From an uncultured Gammaproteobacteria bacterium (GTDB lineage Bacteria; Pseudomonadota; Gammaproteobacteria; Magnimaribacterales; D2472): a DNA stretch of 50,207 nucleotides. Positions 1-9,077 of this stretch are shown piece by piece. The position numbers and the translations under genes are program-made. Every line of letters begins with the position of its first letter. Position 1 is the stretch's first letter. Location of the stretch: assembly GCA_964455855.1 (NCBI GenBank), contig CAYVYQ010000001.1, forward strand, positions 1 to 50,207, read 5' to 3'. Below the pieces are notes generated by a model. It searched no databases. It saw only the letters and a program-made list of their open reading frames with translations, and was not told the origin of the DNA.

Positions 1-11
1 AAGATAAAAAG

Positions 12-845
12 ATGAAAATTTTAAAATTGGAAAACTTTACTATTGGAAATGAAGAACCTATGACTCTTATGGGCGGTGTTAATGTTTTAGAGTCTGAATC
101 AGTTGTGATGACTGTTGCAGAAAAATTTGCAGAAACAACATCAAATTTAAATATTAATTGGATTTTTAAGGGATCCTTTGACAAAGCAAATCGAAGCTCC
201 ATTTCATCGTTTAGGGGTCCTGGGCTTGATGAAGGTTTGAAAATGCTAGAAAAAGTTAAATCAGAATTTAATACCCCTGTTATTACTGACATTCATGAGC
301 CATCTCAAGCAGATTCAGTTTCGAAAGTTTGTGATGTAATTCAGATACCAGCATTTTTATGTAGACAAACTGATTTAGTGATTGCAGCAGCTAAAACAAA
401 AAAAATAATTCAATTTAAAAAACCTCAATTTCTTTCTGCTCCAGAAATGAAAAATGTTATAGAAAAGTGCCGTCAAGCTGGAAATGAAAATATTACTCTT
501 TGTGAAAGAGGCAACTCTTTTGGTTATAACAATTTAGTGGTTGATATGTTGAATTTCCAAATTATGAAAGATCTAGGTGTGCCGGTAATATTTGATGCGA
601 CGCATTCTTTGCAGCTTCCAGGTGGCCTGGGTAATGCTGCAGGAGGTCGAAGAGAATATTTACTTCCTTTAGCCAAAGCTGGACTGAGTCAAGGTATAGC
701 AGGTTTATTTATAGAAGCTCATCCTGATCCTGATTTGGCTAAATGTGATGGCCCTTGTGCAATTTCCACTGATGAAATCCCGGCTGTTCTATCACAATTA
801 TCAGAATTAGATGATTTTATAAAAAACCAAGATAGAAATATTTAA
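12..845 (+). CDS. kdsA: 2-dehydro-3-deoxyphosphooctonate aldolase (KDO-8-P synthase)
   Basis: 277-aa ORF with family hallmarks [35 protein letters not shown] and [13 protein letters not shown]. It precedes eno as in the pyrG-kdsA-eno order. Confidence 0.93.
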   Translation: MKILKLENFTIGNEEPMTLMGGVNVLESESVVMTVAEKFAETTSNLNINWIFKGSFDKANRSSISSFRGPGLDEGLKMLEKVKSEFNTPVITDIHEPSQADSVSKVCDVIQIPAFLCRQTDLVIAAAKTKKIIQFKKPQFLSAPEMKNVIEKCRQAGNENITLCERGNSFGYNNLVVDMLNFQIMKDLGVPVIFDATHSLQLPGGLGNAAGGRREYLLPLAKAGLSQGIAGLFIEAHPDPDLAKCDGPCAISTDEIPAVLSQLSELDDFIKNQDRNI

Positions 846-2134
846 TGTCAGTCATTCAATCTATCCAAGCTATTCAAATAATAGATTCTAGGGGAACTCC
901 AACAGTTTCCTGTAAGGTCACTCTAGAAAATGGAATTTGTGCGACCTCCATGGTTCCTAGTGGAGCATCCACAGGTTCAAGAGAGGCCCTTGAACTCAGA
1001 GATGGTAATGAGGCTTATTTGGGGAAGGGAGTTAGCAAAGCTGTCGCAAATATTCACGAAATTATTGCTCCTGCACTGATAGGCATGGATGTAACAAATC
1101 AGCAAGATATTGATGAAAAAATGCTTGCTCTAGATGGAACTTCATCTAAATCAAAGCTAGGTGCAAATGCTATTCTTGGTGTTTCATTGGCTGTTTTGGA
1201 TGCAGGCTCGAAAGCGTTGGAACTTCCCTTGTATAAATACATTAATCAAGTTTTCGATCATATCAACGGCGAAAAGCCAAAGATGCAAATGCCAACTCCA
1301 ATGTTAAATATTATCAATGGCGGTGAGCATGCTGATAATAATATTGATATACAGGAGTTTATGATTATGCCTGTTGGGGCCAGTAACTTCTCTCAAGCCA
1401 TGCAGTGGGCAACAGAGATATACTCTGATCTCAAGCATATTTTAAATACAAAAGGTTTAAGCACGAGCGTTGGTGATGAGGGTGGCTTTGCTCCAAACCT
1501 CCAATCTAATCAAGAAGCAATAGAGCTTATTATTCAGGCTATTCAAAATAATAATCTTACTGAGGGAAAGGATGTAGGGATTGCATTGGATTGTGCCGCT
1601 TCAGAATTTTATAAAAATGGTACTTATAACCTCGAGGGAGAATCCATCAAACTAAACTCAAGTGAATTTACTAACTACCTCTCTGAACTAACTAATAAAT
1701 ATCCTATTCTCTCTATAGAAGATGGTATGGATGAGAGTGATTTTGAGGGATGGAAAAACCTTACAAAGGCTTTGGGAGATAAGTGTCAATTGGTTGGAGA
1801 TGATCTATTTGTAACCAACGTAGTAGAGCTTCAAAGAGGAATTGATGATTCTTTAGCAAACTCGATTCTAATTAAATTTAATCAAATTGGAACGATTACA
1901 GAAACTATGAAAACTATTTATCTAGGTAACAAGAATGGATTTAAATCCATCATTTCTCACAGATCAGGAGAAACAGAAGACAGCATCATTGCAGATCTGT
2001 GCGTTGGTTTAGGGACAGGCCAAATTAAAACAGGCGCACCTTGTAGATCTGACAGAGTGGCAAAATATAATAGATTGCTATGGATTGAAGCTGAGCAGCC
2101 TGATCTCACTTTTGCCAAAAATGTCATTGGTTAA
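845..2134 (+). CDS. eno: enolase (phosphopyruvate hydratase)
   Basis: 429-aa ORF with [24 protein letters not shown] and SHRSGETED motifs. Its ATG overlaps the kdsA stop (TAATG). Confidence 0.97.
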   Translation: MSVIQSIQAIQIIDSRGTPTVSCKVTLENGICATSMVPSGASTGSREALELRDGNEAYLGKGVSKAVANIHEIIAPALIGMDVTNQQDIDEKMLALDGTSSKSKLGANAILGVSLAVLDAGSKALELPLYKYINQVFDHINGEKPKMQMPTPMLNIINGGEHADNNIDIQEFMIMPVGASNFSQAMQWATEIYSDLKHILNTKGLSTSVGDEGGFAPNLQSNQEAIELIIQAIQNNNLTEGKDVGIALDCAASEFYKNGTYNLEGESIKLNSSEFTNYLSELTNKYPILSIEDGMDESDFEGWKNLTKALGDKCQLVGDDLFVTNVVELQRGIDDSLANSILIKFNQIGTITETMKTIYLGNKNGFKSIISHRSGETEDSIIADLCVGLGTGQIKTGAPCRSDRVAKYNRLLWIEAEQPDLTFAKNVIG

Positions 2135-2423
2135 ATTTTTAAATTTGCTTGTTCTTATCCTTATTCTTGCAGCTTTCTATAATCTTTTTTTTGGGATTGA
2201 TAGCAAAAGAAATTTTTCTGTTCTTCAGAATGAAAATCAAGAACTGTTGGTAAAAAATAATACACTTGCAAAAGAAAATAATTTTTTAGAGAAAGACATT
2301 TTAAGCAAACAAAAGAATGATGCTCATGCAGAAAAGTTTGCTAGAGAAGAATTAAATTTAATATACGAAGACGAGGATTTTCTAAGATTTAAGGAAGTTA
2401 ACCCAAATGAACCCCAGCAATAA
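2121..2423 (+). CDS. ftsB: cell division protein FtsB
   Basis: Small protein with an N-terminal TM helix ([16 protein letters not shown]) followed by a coiled-coil/leucine-zipper segment. It sits in the conserved eno-ftsB-ispD position. I prefer the ATG at 2121 over the track start at 2085, which lies inside eno. Confidence 0.8.
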   Translation: MSLVKFLNLLVLILILAAFYNLFFGIDSKRNFSVLQNENQELLVKNNTLAKENNFLEKDILSKQKNDAHAEKFAREELNLIYEDEDFLRFKEVNPNEPQQ

Positions 2424-3558
2424 AATAACAGTTATTATTCCTGCGGCAGGAAATAGTAGTCGTTTTGGTGGTTCAATTCCCAAGCAATTTTTGAGCTTGG
2501 GTGATGAGACGGTCTTAGAAAAATCTGTTAATTTATTTTTAGAAATTTCTAGTATCCGAGAAGTTATAGTCGCCATCAATTCAAATGAGAATTTAATTAA
2601 ATCACAGTCTTTTTATGGCCACTCAAGAGTGAGATTTGTTGAAGGAGGTAGCACAAGAAGTGAATCAGTATTTCATGCCTTAGCAGAAGTTGATCAAAGT
2701 ACGGAGATTATAGTAATTCATGATGCTGCAAGACCATGGTTAAGAAAAAGTCATTTTGAGTATCTCTTGTCTCAACTTATCAATGATCGATCTATTGAAG
2801 GAGTTTTTCCTATAATTTCTGCAACTGATTCGCTGCGTATGAAAGAGGGTGAGGATTTAATTCCGGTCGAGCGTGAGCAATTTTTGCATGTGCAAACCCC
2901 CCAGATTTTTTACCATAAATCATTAAAAGCAGCATTTGATAAACTTAAGAAAGAAGGTCTCCATATGAGTGATGAGTCTCAGGTAATGGAGCACGCAGGA
3001 TTTAAATTATTAGCTGCGCCAGGAGAAAGATCAAATACTAAAATTACTTATACTGACGATATAGCTAATTATGCGGGAAGAGATCTTCGAATCGGAAGAG
3101 GAATAGATTTTCATCAATTCCAACCAGGAAGTGGTTTAACTTTAGGAAATATTTTTATAGATTGTGAACTTTCCATTGTGGCTCATTCAGATGGAGATAT
3201 TATTTTGCATGCTATTTCTGATGCTTTATTGGGCGCAGCTGGCCTAAGAGACATTGGATACTACTTTCCTGATAGCGATCCTAAAAATAAAAATTTGAGC
3301 AGCTTAATAATTATTGAAAAATCATTAGATTTATTAAAAGAAAACGGTTTATGGCCAAGAAATATTGATTTTGTTGTTGTGTGTGAACAACCAAAAATTG
3401 GACCCTATGTAAATAAAATAAAAAAATCTCTTTCAGCAATTCTGAAGATCGAAGAAAGTTTTATTGGAGTGAAGGCAACTACTACAGAAAAGATGGGAGT
3501 AATTGGTAACGGTAATGGAATTGCTGTGTATGCAATTGCTTCTTTAAGGAATAAATAG
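2407..3558 (+). CDS. ispDF: bifunctional IspD/IspF (MEP cytidylyltransferase / MEcPP synthase fusion)
   Basis: The N-terminal half has the IspD motifs VIIPAAGNSSRFG and VIHDAARP. The C-terminal half has the IspF motifs IGRGIDFHQF, AHSDGDIILHAISDALLGAA and KATTTEKMG. It is a single uninterrupted 383-aa frame. Confidence 0.92.
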   Translation: MNPSNKITVIIPAAGNSSRFGGSIPKQFLSLGDETVLEKSVNLFLEISSIREVIVAINSNENLIKSQSFYGHSRVRFVEGGSTRSESVFHALAEVDQSTEIIVIHDAARPWLRKSHFEYLLSQLINDRSIEGVFPIISATDSLRMKEGEDLIPVEREQFLHVQTPQIFYHKSLKAAFDKLKKEGLHMSDESQVMEHAGFKLLAAPGERSNTKITYTDDIANYAGRDLRIGRGIDFHQFQPGSGLTLGNIFIDCELSIVAHSDGDIILHAISDALLGAAGLRDIGYYFPDSDPKNKNLSSLIIIEKSLDLLKENGLWPRNIDFVVVCEQPKIGPYVNKIKKSLSAILKIEESFIGVKATTTEKMGVIGNGNGIAVYAIASLRNK

Positions 3559-4307
3559 TGAATATTTTGCTAACTAACGATGATGGCTACAAAGCATCTG
3601 GCATAAATGAATTGTTTCAAGCTTTAAGCACTGAGCATAAAGTTTTTTTAATTGCACCACGAGACAATTGTAGCGGAATGAGTGCGGCAATCAGCCTGCG
3701 AAAAGAAATAGAAGTCGAGGAAGTCTCAGAAAATATTTTTTCGGTTACAGGTACCCCTGCAGATTGCTCATATCTGGGATTGTTATCAGTGATTCAGGAT
3801 CCGATTGAAATGATTGTTTCAGGAATTAATTTAGGAGCAAATCTAGGGGAAGATATTTTTTATTCCGGTACTGTTGGGGCGGCAATTGCTGGTAGAAGAC
3901 TAGATTATGTTCCAGTTGCTTTTTCGGTAGCAGCTTATAATCCAAACAACCTTAAATTTATTGCAGAACAATCACTATTAATTACTAATCAGGTATCCAA
4001 ACTTCCCTCAGATCAAAATTTGTTGGTAAATGTAAATTTTCCTGATTTGCCGTCCTCAAAAATCCAAGGAATTAAAATAACTTCATTGGGTAAAAGGGGT
4101 GCTCCAGATACGCCTGATTTAATTAGATCTAGGGATTCTTCTAAATTTTATAGTTTTGGACCTTCTGGCTCACTCTTACCTGATCAATCTGGAACAGATA
4201 TACAGGCGATTGAACAAAATTATATTTCTATTTCAATTCTTGACTACAATTTAAGCGCTGATGTGGTTCGCTGGGACTTGTACAAGGAGGTTTTTAATTG
4301 TGAGTAG
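3558..4307 (+). CDS. surE: 5'/3'-nucleotidase SurE
   Basis: N-terminus ILLTNDDGY and GINLGANLGEDIFYSGTVGAA are typical SurE. GTG start. Conserved surE-pcm pairing. Confidence 0.92.
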   Translation: MNILLTNDDGYKASGINELFQALSTEHKVFLIAPRDNCSGMSAAISLRKEIEVEEVSENIFSVTGTPADCSYLGLLSVIQDPIEMIVSGINLGANLGEDIFYSGTVGAAIAGRRLDYVPVAFSVAAYNPNNLKFIAEQSLLITNQVSKLPSDQNLLVNVNFPDLPSSKIQGIKITSLGKRGAPDTPDLIRSRDSSKFYSFGPSGSLLPDQSGTDIQAIEQNYISISILDYNLSADVVRWDLYKEVFNCE

Positions 4308-4977
4308 CTCTGGCTTTACATTTACGAGAGTCAAAGATCAAATGATCCAGCAATTGCTTGATATGGGCATATCAGATTTTCGTGTTCTTGATGCTTTAAG
4401 CCAAGTTCCTAGACATATCTTTTTAGATCAAGCTCTTTGGAGCAGAGCATATGAGAACAGAGCATTGACTATTGGTTACAAACAAACCATCTCTCAGCCA
4501 TATATCGTTGCACGAATGACAGAACACTTAATTGCTCATACATCAAAAAGAGGGAAAGTTCTTAATAAGGTTCTTGAAATAGGATCAGGCTGCGGTTATC
4601 AATCAGCAGTATTATCTTATTTTGCGAGTGATGTCTTTGCAGTTGAGAGAATCAAACCTTTGGTTTCAAAATCACGTGAAAATTTAAGTGATCTCAAAAT
4701 TAGAAATGTAATTGTAAAACATGCAGATGGATTCAATGGTTGGGAAGAAGACTTAAAATTTGATGGAATAATTTGTGCAGCAGCTCCAAGACAATATCCA
4801 GAAGAACTGCTTGAATTATTAGAGATTGGGGGGAAGCTCGTTATACCGGTTGGACTTGAAGGGGAGCAAAAACTTTATGTCGTAACTAAAAAAAGTGATA
4901 CAGAAAATGAGGAAATGATTTATGAGGAGGTTGCTTTTGTTCCAATGCTTCCAGGCGTTTCAAATGGAGAAGTTTGA
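4300..4977 (+). CDS. pcm: protein-L-isoaspartate O-methyltransferase
   Basis: TISQPYIVARM and the SAM-binding VLEIGSGCGYQSA motif. A GTG at 4300 is preceded by AAGGAGG (4284-4290) at 9-nt spacing. The track start at 4261 lies deep inside surE and is rejected. Confidence 0.9.
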   Translation: MSSSGFTFTRVKDQMIQQLLDMGISDFRVLDALSQVPRHIFLDQALWSRAYENRALTIGYKQTISQPYIVARMTEHLIAHTSKRGKVLNKVLEIGSGCGYQSAVLSYFASDVFAVERIKPLVSKSRENLSDLKIRNVIVKHADGFNGWEEDLKFDGIICAAAPRQYPEELLELLEIGGKLVIPVGLEGEQKLYVVTKKSDTENEEMIYEEVAFVPMLPGVSNGEV

Positions 4978-4979
4978 AG

Positions 4980-5702
4980 ATGAATGATCAAGTTAAATAC
5001 TCTTTAGCAGGATTTTGCATGGGAGTTGCAGAGCTAATTCCTGGTATTTCTGGGGCCACCATTGCAGTAATCTTTAAGATTTACCCAAACTTAATGAAGA
5101 TTTTAAGCAACATAAGAGTAAAAAATATAACATTAAACCTTTCATCTCTTTCCCAAACATTTCAATTTAATGTTTCATTGCCTTTAATTCTATCTATGAT
5201 TATTGCCATCATTTTTTGCTCTAAGGGAGTTAATTTTCTTTTAATAAATTTTGAAGATTTATTTTTATTATCTCTTGGTTTATTAATGATAGCTTTGTCT
5301 TTTTACATCGTTCAATACTTTAAAGATGCACTAATAGATAAAAAACTATTTTTATTCTTATTTTTTGGGATAGGCATTGGATTTCTTTTGCAAGGATTGA
5401 ATATAGGCTCAGGAAATATTTCTATGCCGTATTTATTTTTGAGTGGAATATTGGCTTTTTCATTTTTTTTAATACCTGGAATCTCTGGTAGCGCCATGTT
5501 AGTAGTTTTGGGAGTTTATGGTCCTATCATTCAAGCTATTGCAACATTTAATTTTAATTTATTGATCCCATTTGCATCAGGTTGTTTAATTTCTCTGTTA
5601 TTTTTGCCAAAGTTAGTTTTATCAATATATTCATCCAATGAGCATAATCTAATGTACGTTTTTTCAGGTCTTATACTTTCTTCAGGTATCTTTTTACTGT
5701 GA
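4980..5702 (+). CDS. DUF368 family polytopic membrane protein (PopT-like putative polyprenyl-phosphate translocase)
   Basis: Very hydrophobic ~240-aa ORF with the duplicated signature LIPGISGATIAV ... LIPGISGSAMLV typical of DUF368. The ATG at 4980 is preceded by GGAGA (4966-4970). An alternative TTG start lies at 4974. Confidence 0.75.
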   Translation: MNDQVKYSLAGFCMGVAELIPGISGATIAVIFKIYPNLMKILSNIRVKNITLNLSSLSQTFQFNVSLPLILSMIIAIIFCSKGVNFLLINFEDLFLLSLGLLMIALSFYIVQYFKDALIDKKLFLFLFFGIGIGFLLQGLNIGSGNISMPYLFLSGILAFSFFLIPGISGSAMLVVLGVYGPIIQAIATFNFNLLIPFASGCLISLLFLPKLVLSIYSSNEHNLMYVFSGLILSSGIFLL

Positions 5703-6349
5703 TCAAATCTAATACAATACTCTTAATTATTCTAATTTTAATGATTACAAGTTGCTCCAGTTTGGATTCATTAAAGCAATCCTATAAAAATTTTTTACCT
5801 CCTTCTTCTGATAGAACTTATATTGTTGAGCCTGGAGACTCCGTTTGGTCTATTGCTATAAATTTTAATTTGGATGCTGAGTTATTGATTCAAAATAATA
5901 ATTTAAAAAAACCATACACCATTTATCCAAATCAAGAATTACGTCTTTCGGGCGCGCTTGCCAAAAATAGTTCAAAAAAAGTATTGCAAGTTATGAATTG
6001 GCATCATCCCCTAGGAGAGAATTCAAAAATAGCTATTAATGATGAATCTTGGCTAATTTTCAAGGAGTCTAAAGGCTCTCCGATTCATTCTATTCATAGC
6101 GGAAGGGTAGTGGTTTCTGGGCCAGATATTCCAGGTTACGGAAATTTAGTTATGATTTCTCATCCAGATGGTTATTTAAGCTTGTATGCACATTGCGATA
6201 AAATATTTGTTGAGCGAGGTGATGATGTTGGAAAAGGAGCTATGATAGCTCAACTTGGTAATTCAGAGGCAGCATACCCAATGCTAAGGTTTCAGTTAAG
6301 AAAAAATGGAAAGCCAATTAGAGCTGAAAAATTAAACTCCTTTTTTTAA
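5699..6349 (+). CDS. nlpD: LysM + degenerate LytM (M23) lipoprotein, NlpD-like amidase activator
   Basis: Lipobox MITSC, a LysM segment (YIVEPGDSVWSIAINF) and an M23 core (GYGNLVMISHPDGYLSLYAH). The HxxxD and HxH zinc-ligand positions appear substituted (LRFQLR instead of LHFEIR). It sits in the conserved pcm-nlpD position. Confidence 0.85.
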   Translation: MIKSNTILLIILILMITSCSSLDSLKQSYKNFLPPSSDRTYIVEPGDSVWSIAINFNLDAELLIQNNNLKKPYTIYPNQELRLSGALAKNSSKKVLQVMNWHHPLGENSKIAINDESWLIFKESKGSPIHSIHSGRVVVSGPDIPGYGNLVMISHPDGYLSLYAHCDKIFVERGDDVGKGAMIAQLGNSEAAYPMLRFQLRKNGKPIRAEKLNSFF

Positions 6350-6364
6350 AAATTATAACTTTTC

Positions 6365-6688
6365 TTACTTTTCCAGAAGATGTTTTTTTTCTTTAATTTG
6401 TGCAAATTCTTTGGCTTCAGGCAGCTCATCTTTTTCCTCTGTAATATTTGGCCAAATTTCACTTAATTCTGCATTAATTTCAATAAATTCTATCTGATCA
6501 GCTGGCAGCTCATCTTCAGAGAAAATTGCTTCTACTGGGCATTCAGGTTCACATAGCGCGCAGTCAATGCATTCTTCTGGATGAATAACAAGAAAGTTAG
6601 GACCTTCATAAAAACAATCAACAGGGCATACCTCAACACAATCTGTATGTTTACACTTAATACACGATTCAGTAACTATGAATGCCAT
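6365..6688 (-). CDS. fdxA: 7Fe ferredoxin (3Fe-4S/4Fe-4S, Azotobacter type)
   Basis: Begins [29 protein letters not shown] and contains [12 protein letters not shown], the classic FdxA cysteine pattern. 107 aa. Confidence 0.92.
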   Translation of the reverse strand: MAFIVTESCIKCKHTDCVEVCPVDCFYEGPNFLVIHPEECIDCALCEPECPVEAIFSEDELPADQIEFIEINAELSEIWPNITEEKDELPEAKEFAQIKEKKHLLEK

Positions 6689-6794
6689 TATTTATTTGTT
6701 TGAAAATTTAGAATAAAAAGATTTTAACAATGAGTTATGAACAAGTCAGCATGAATTTGATAATATTTAATTTACTTTTCCTAAATTTATAATA

Positions 6795-6814
6795 TACTGT
6801 ATAAACATACAGTA
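6795..6814 (+). promoter_or_regulatory. LexA (SOS) box upstream of recA
   Basis: TACTGTATAAACATACAGTA is a perfect CTGT-N8-ACAG palindrome matching the gammaproteobacterial TACTG(TA)5CAGTA consensus. It lies directly after a TATAAT (6788-6793), just before the AAGGAG SD and 13 nt before the recA ATG. Confidence 0.85.
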
Positions 6815-6826
6815 AAGGAGATCATT

Positions 6827-7834
6827 ATGTCAGATAAAGTTAAAAACCTAAACGAGACCTTATCTCAAATTGAAAAGCAGTTTGGTAAAGGGACTGTTAT
6901 GAAAATGGGGGACAGAGAAATTGTAGATATGCCATCAGTTTCCACTGGTTCACTGGGCTTAGATATAGCGCTAGGCATTGGCGGTCTCCCCAAGGGAAGG
7001 GTTGTAGAGATTTTTGGACCAGAATCATCTGGAAAAACCACATTAACACTTCAAGCCATTGCTGAATGTCAAAAAGCTGGAGGTACTGCAGCTTTTATCG
7101 ATGCTGAGCATGCACTTGATCCAAATTATGCTGAAAAACTAGGCGTGAATGTGGATGAGCTTTTACTTTCTCAACCGGATACTGGCGAACAAGCATTAGA
7201 AGTAACCGATATGCTTGTAAAATCTGGCAGTGTAGATTTAATTGTTGTTGATTCTGTGGCCGCCCTAACTCCAAGAGCTGAAATTGAAGGGGATATGGGG
7301 GATCATCATATGGGTCTTCAGGCCCGTTTGATGTCGCAAGCTCTAAGAAAAATTACAGGTAACATTCAACGCTCTAATGCAATGGTAATTTTTATTAACC
7401 AAATCAGAATGAAGATTGGGGTTATGTTTGGTAATCCTGAAACAACTACTGGTGGAAATGCTTTAAAATTCTATTCATCGGTTCGTCTTGATATCAGACG
7501 CATAGGTGCAGTCAAAGAGGGTGAAGAGGTTGTTGGAAACGAAACTCGTGTAAAGGTTGTTAAAAATAAAGTGTCACCCCCATTTAAACAAGCTGAGTTT
7601 CAGATTATGTATGGAGAAGGAATTAACACAGAGGGTGAGATTTTAGAGCTTGGTCAAAAACTAGAGTTAGTTGAGAAATCTGGATCTTGGTATAGCCATA
7701 ATGGTGAAAAAATTGGACAAGGAAAGGTTAATGCTAGTAAGTTTCTGAGAGAGAATACAAAAATCAGAGATACGCTGGTCAAGGAGATCAGAAAGGCCTA
7801 TATACCCTCTGTTAAAAATTCTACAAAGAAATAA
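6827..7834 (+). CDS. recA: recombinase RecA
   Basis: Walker [10 protein letters not shown] and [44 protein letters not shown]. 335 aa. Confidence 0.98.
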   Translation: MSDKVKNLNETLSQIEKQFGKGTVMKMGDREIVDMPSVSTGSLGLDIALGIGGLPKGRVVEIFGPESSGKTTLTLQAIAECQKAGGTAAFIDAEHALDPNYAEKLGVNVDELLLSQPDTGEQALEVTDMLVKSGSVDLIVVDSVAALTPRAEIEGDMGDHHMGLQARLMSQALRKITGNIQRSNAMVIFINQIRMKIGVMFGNPETTTGGNALKFYSSVRLDIRRIGAVKEGEEVVGNETRVKVVKNKVSPPFKQAEFQIMYGEGINTEGEILELGQKLELVEKSGSWYSHNGEKIGQGKVNASKFLRENTKIRDTLVKEIRKAYIPSVKNSTKK

Positions 7835-7898
7835 TTATTCTTAAACTTGTTATGCAAGCTTAAAATTGATTAAGATACTCTCAACACAGGAGAGAGTT

Positions 7899-9077
7899 AT
7901 GTCAAACAATGCATATATAGTTTCAGCGGTTAGAACAGCTGGAGGAAAGAAAAATGGAAGTCTTAGTCAATGGCATCCAGCCGATCTTGGCGCAAAAGTT
8001 CTTGATGAGTTAGTTCATCAATCTGGTATTAATCCTGAATTGATAGATGACGTGATCTTTGGTTGCGTTGATCAGGTGGGAGCACAATCTGGTAATGTTG
8101 CCAGAAATGCAATTCTTTCTTCAAGCCTCCCGGAATCAGTTCCTGGCACATCAGTTGATCGTCAGTGTGGCTCATCTCAACAAGCTATTCATTTTGCAAT
8201 TCAGGCTGTTATGTCTGGTACTCAGGATGTTGTAATTGGTGGGGGTGTAGAGGTAATGTCTATGGTGCCAATTGGAGCAAGTATTAAAGATGGTTATGAA
8301 GCAGGTCACGGTTTACCATTTGATTCTGATGGAATGAAAGACAGATATCCTGGTATTTTCTTTTCTCAATTCACAGGGGCAGAATTGATGGCAGAAAAGT
8401 GGAATTTATCAAGAGAAGATCTCGATAAATTTGCTTTGAGCAGTCATCAAAAAGCTGCAGCGGCAGTTGAGGGTAAGTATTTTGATAGAGAGATTCTTCC
8501 TGTTCAAGCAAAGAATGCTGAAGGGAAGAGTGATTTGGTGCTAAATGATGAAGGGATTAGGTACGATGCAAGTCTTGAGGCGCTTTCTGGATTAAATCCA
8601 GTAACTGAAGGAGGCGTCATTACCGCTGGAAATGCAAGTCAAATTACAGATGGCGCAGCCGCATTAATGATTTGTAATGATGAAGGTCTAAAAAAAGTAA
8701 AATCAGATCCAAGAGCAAGGATTGTTGGAATTAGTGTTGTAGGTGATGATCCCATTATGATGTTAGGTGGCCCAATTCCAGCTTCTCATAAAGTTCTGAA
8801 AGCTACAAATTTAAACATTAATGATATTGATCTTTATGAGGTTAATGAAGCATTTGCTCCGGTCCCTCTCTCTTGGGCGATTGAGCTAAAAGCTGACATG
8901 GCAAAATTAAATGTCAATGGTGGAGCAATGGCTCTAGGCCATCCTTTAGGAGCAACCGGAGCAAAACTGATGACGACACTCCTACATGAGCTTGAAAGAA
9001 CAAATGGCAAGTATGGTCTTCAAGCAATTTGTGAGGGTGGCGGAACTGCCAACGCAACAATTATTGAAAGAATTTGA
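7899..9077 (+). CDS. acetyl-CoA C-acyl/acetyltransferase (thiolase)
   Basis: Active-site Cys context VDRQCGSSQQA and C-terminal NGGAMALGHPLGATG and CEGGGTANA. The ATG at 7899 follows AGGAGAG. The track's TTG start at 7866 adds an unlikely leader. Confidence 0.9.
   Translation: MSNNAYIVSAVRTAGGKKNGSLSQWHPADLGAKVLDELVHQSGINPELIDDVIFGCVDQVGAQSGNVARNAILSSSLPESVPGTSVDRQCGSSQQAIHFAIQAVMSGTQDVVIGGGVEVMSMVPIGASIKDGYEAGHGLPFDSDGMKDRYPGIFFSQFTGAELMAEKWNLSREDLDKFALSSHQKAAAAVEGKYFDREILPVQAKNAEGKSDLVLNDEGIRYDASLEALSGLNPVTEGGVITAGNASQITDGAAALMICNDEGLKKVKSDPRARIVGISVVGDDPIMMLGGPIPASHKVLKATNLNINDIDLYEVNEAFAPVPLSWAIELKADMAKLNVNGGAMALGHPLGATGAKLMTTLLHELERTNGKYGLQAICEGGGTANATIIERI

Noticed and set aside
6730-6792. 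A 20-codon ORF ([20 protein letters not shown]) in the fdxA-recA divergent spacer, considered as a possible leader peptide or small protein.
   Set aside because: It has no Shine-Dalgarno sequence, and it runs through the likely recA -10 element. Its composition is what random AT-rich DNA gives. There is nothing to support translation.
6689-6826. Possible RsmZ-like sRNA, since rsmZ lies next to fdxA in Pseudomonas.
   Set aside because: The 138-nt spacer contains no GGA motifs in hairpin loops and no terminator. It is fully accounted for by two divergent promoters plus the SOS box.
7835-7898. Weak inverted repeat (AACTTG-TTATG-CAAGCT) after recA, considered as a terminator or REP-like element.
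   Set aside because: It has only 4-5 paired bases, is imperfect, has no U-tract and is not repeated elsewhere in the window.
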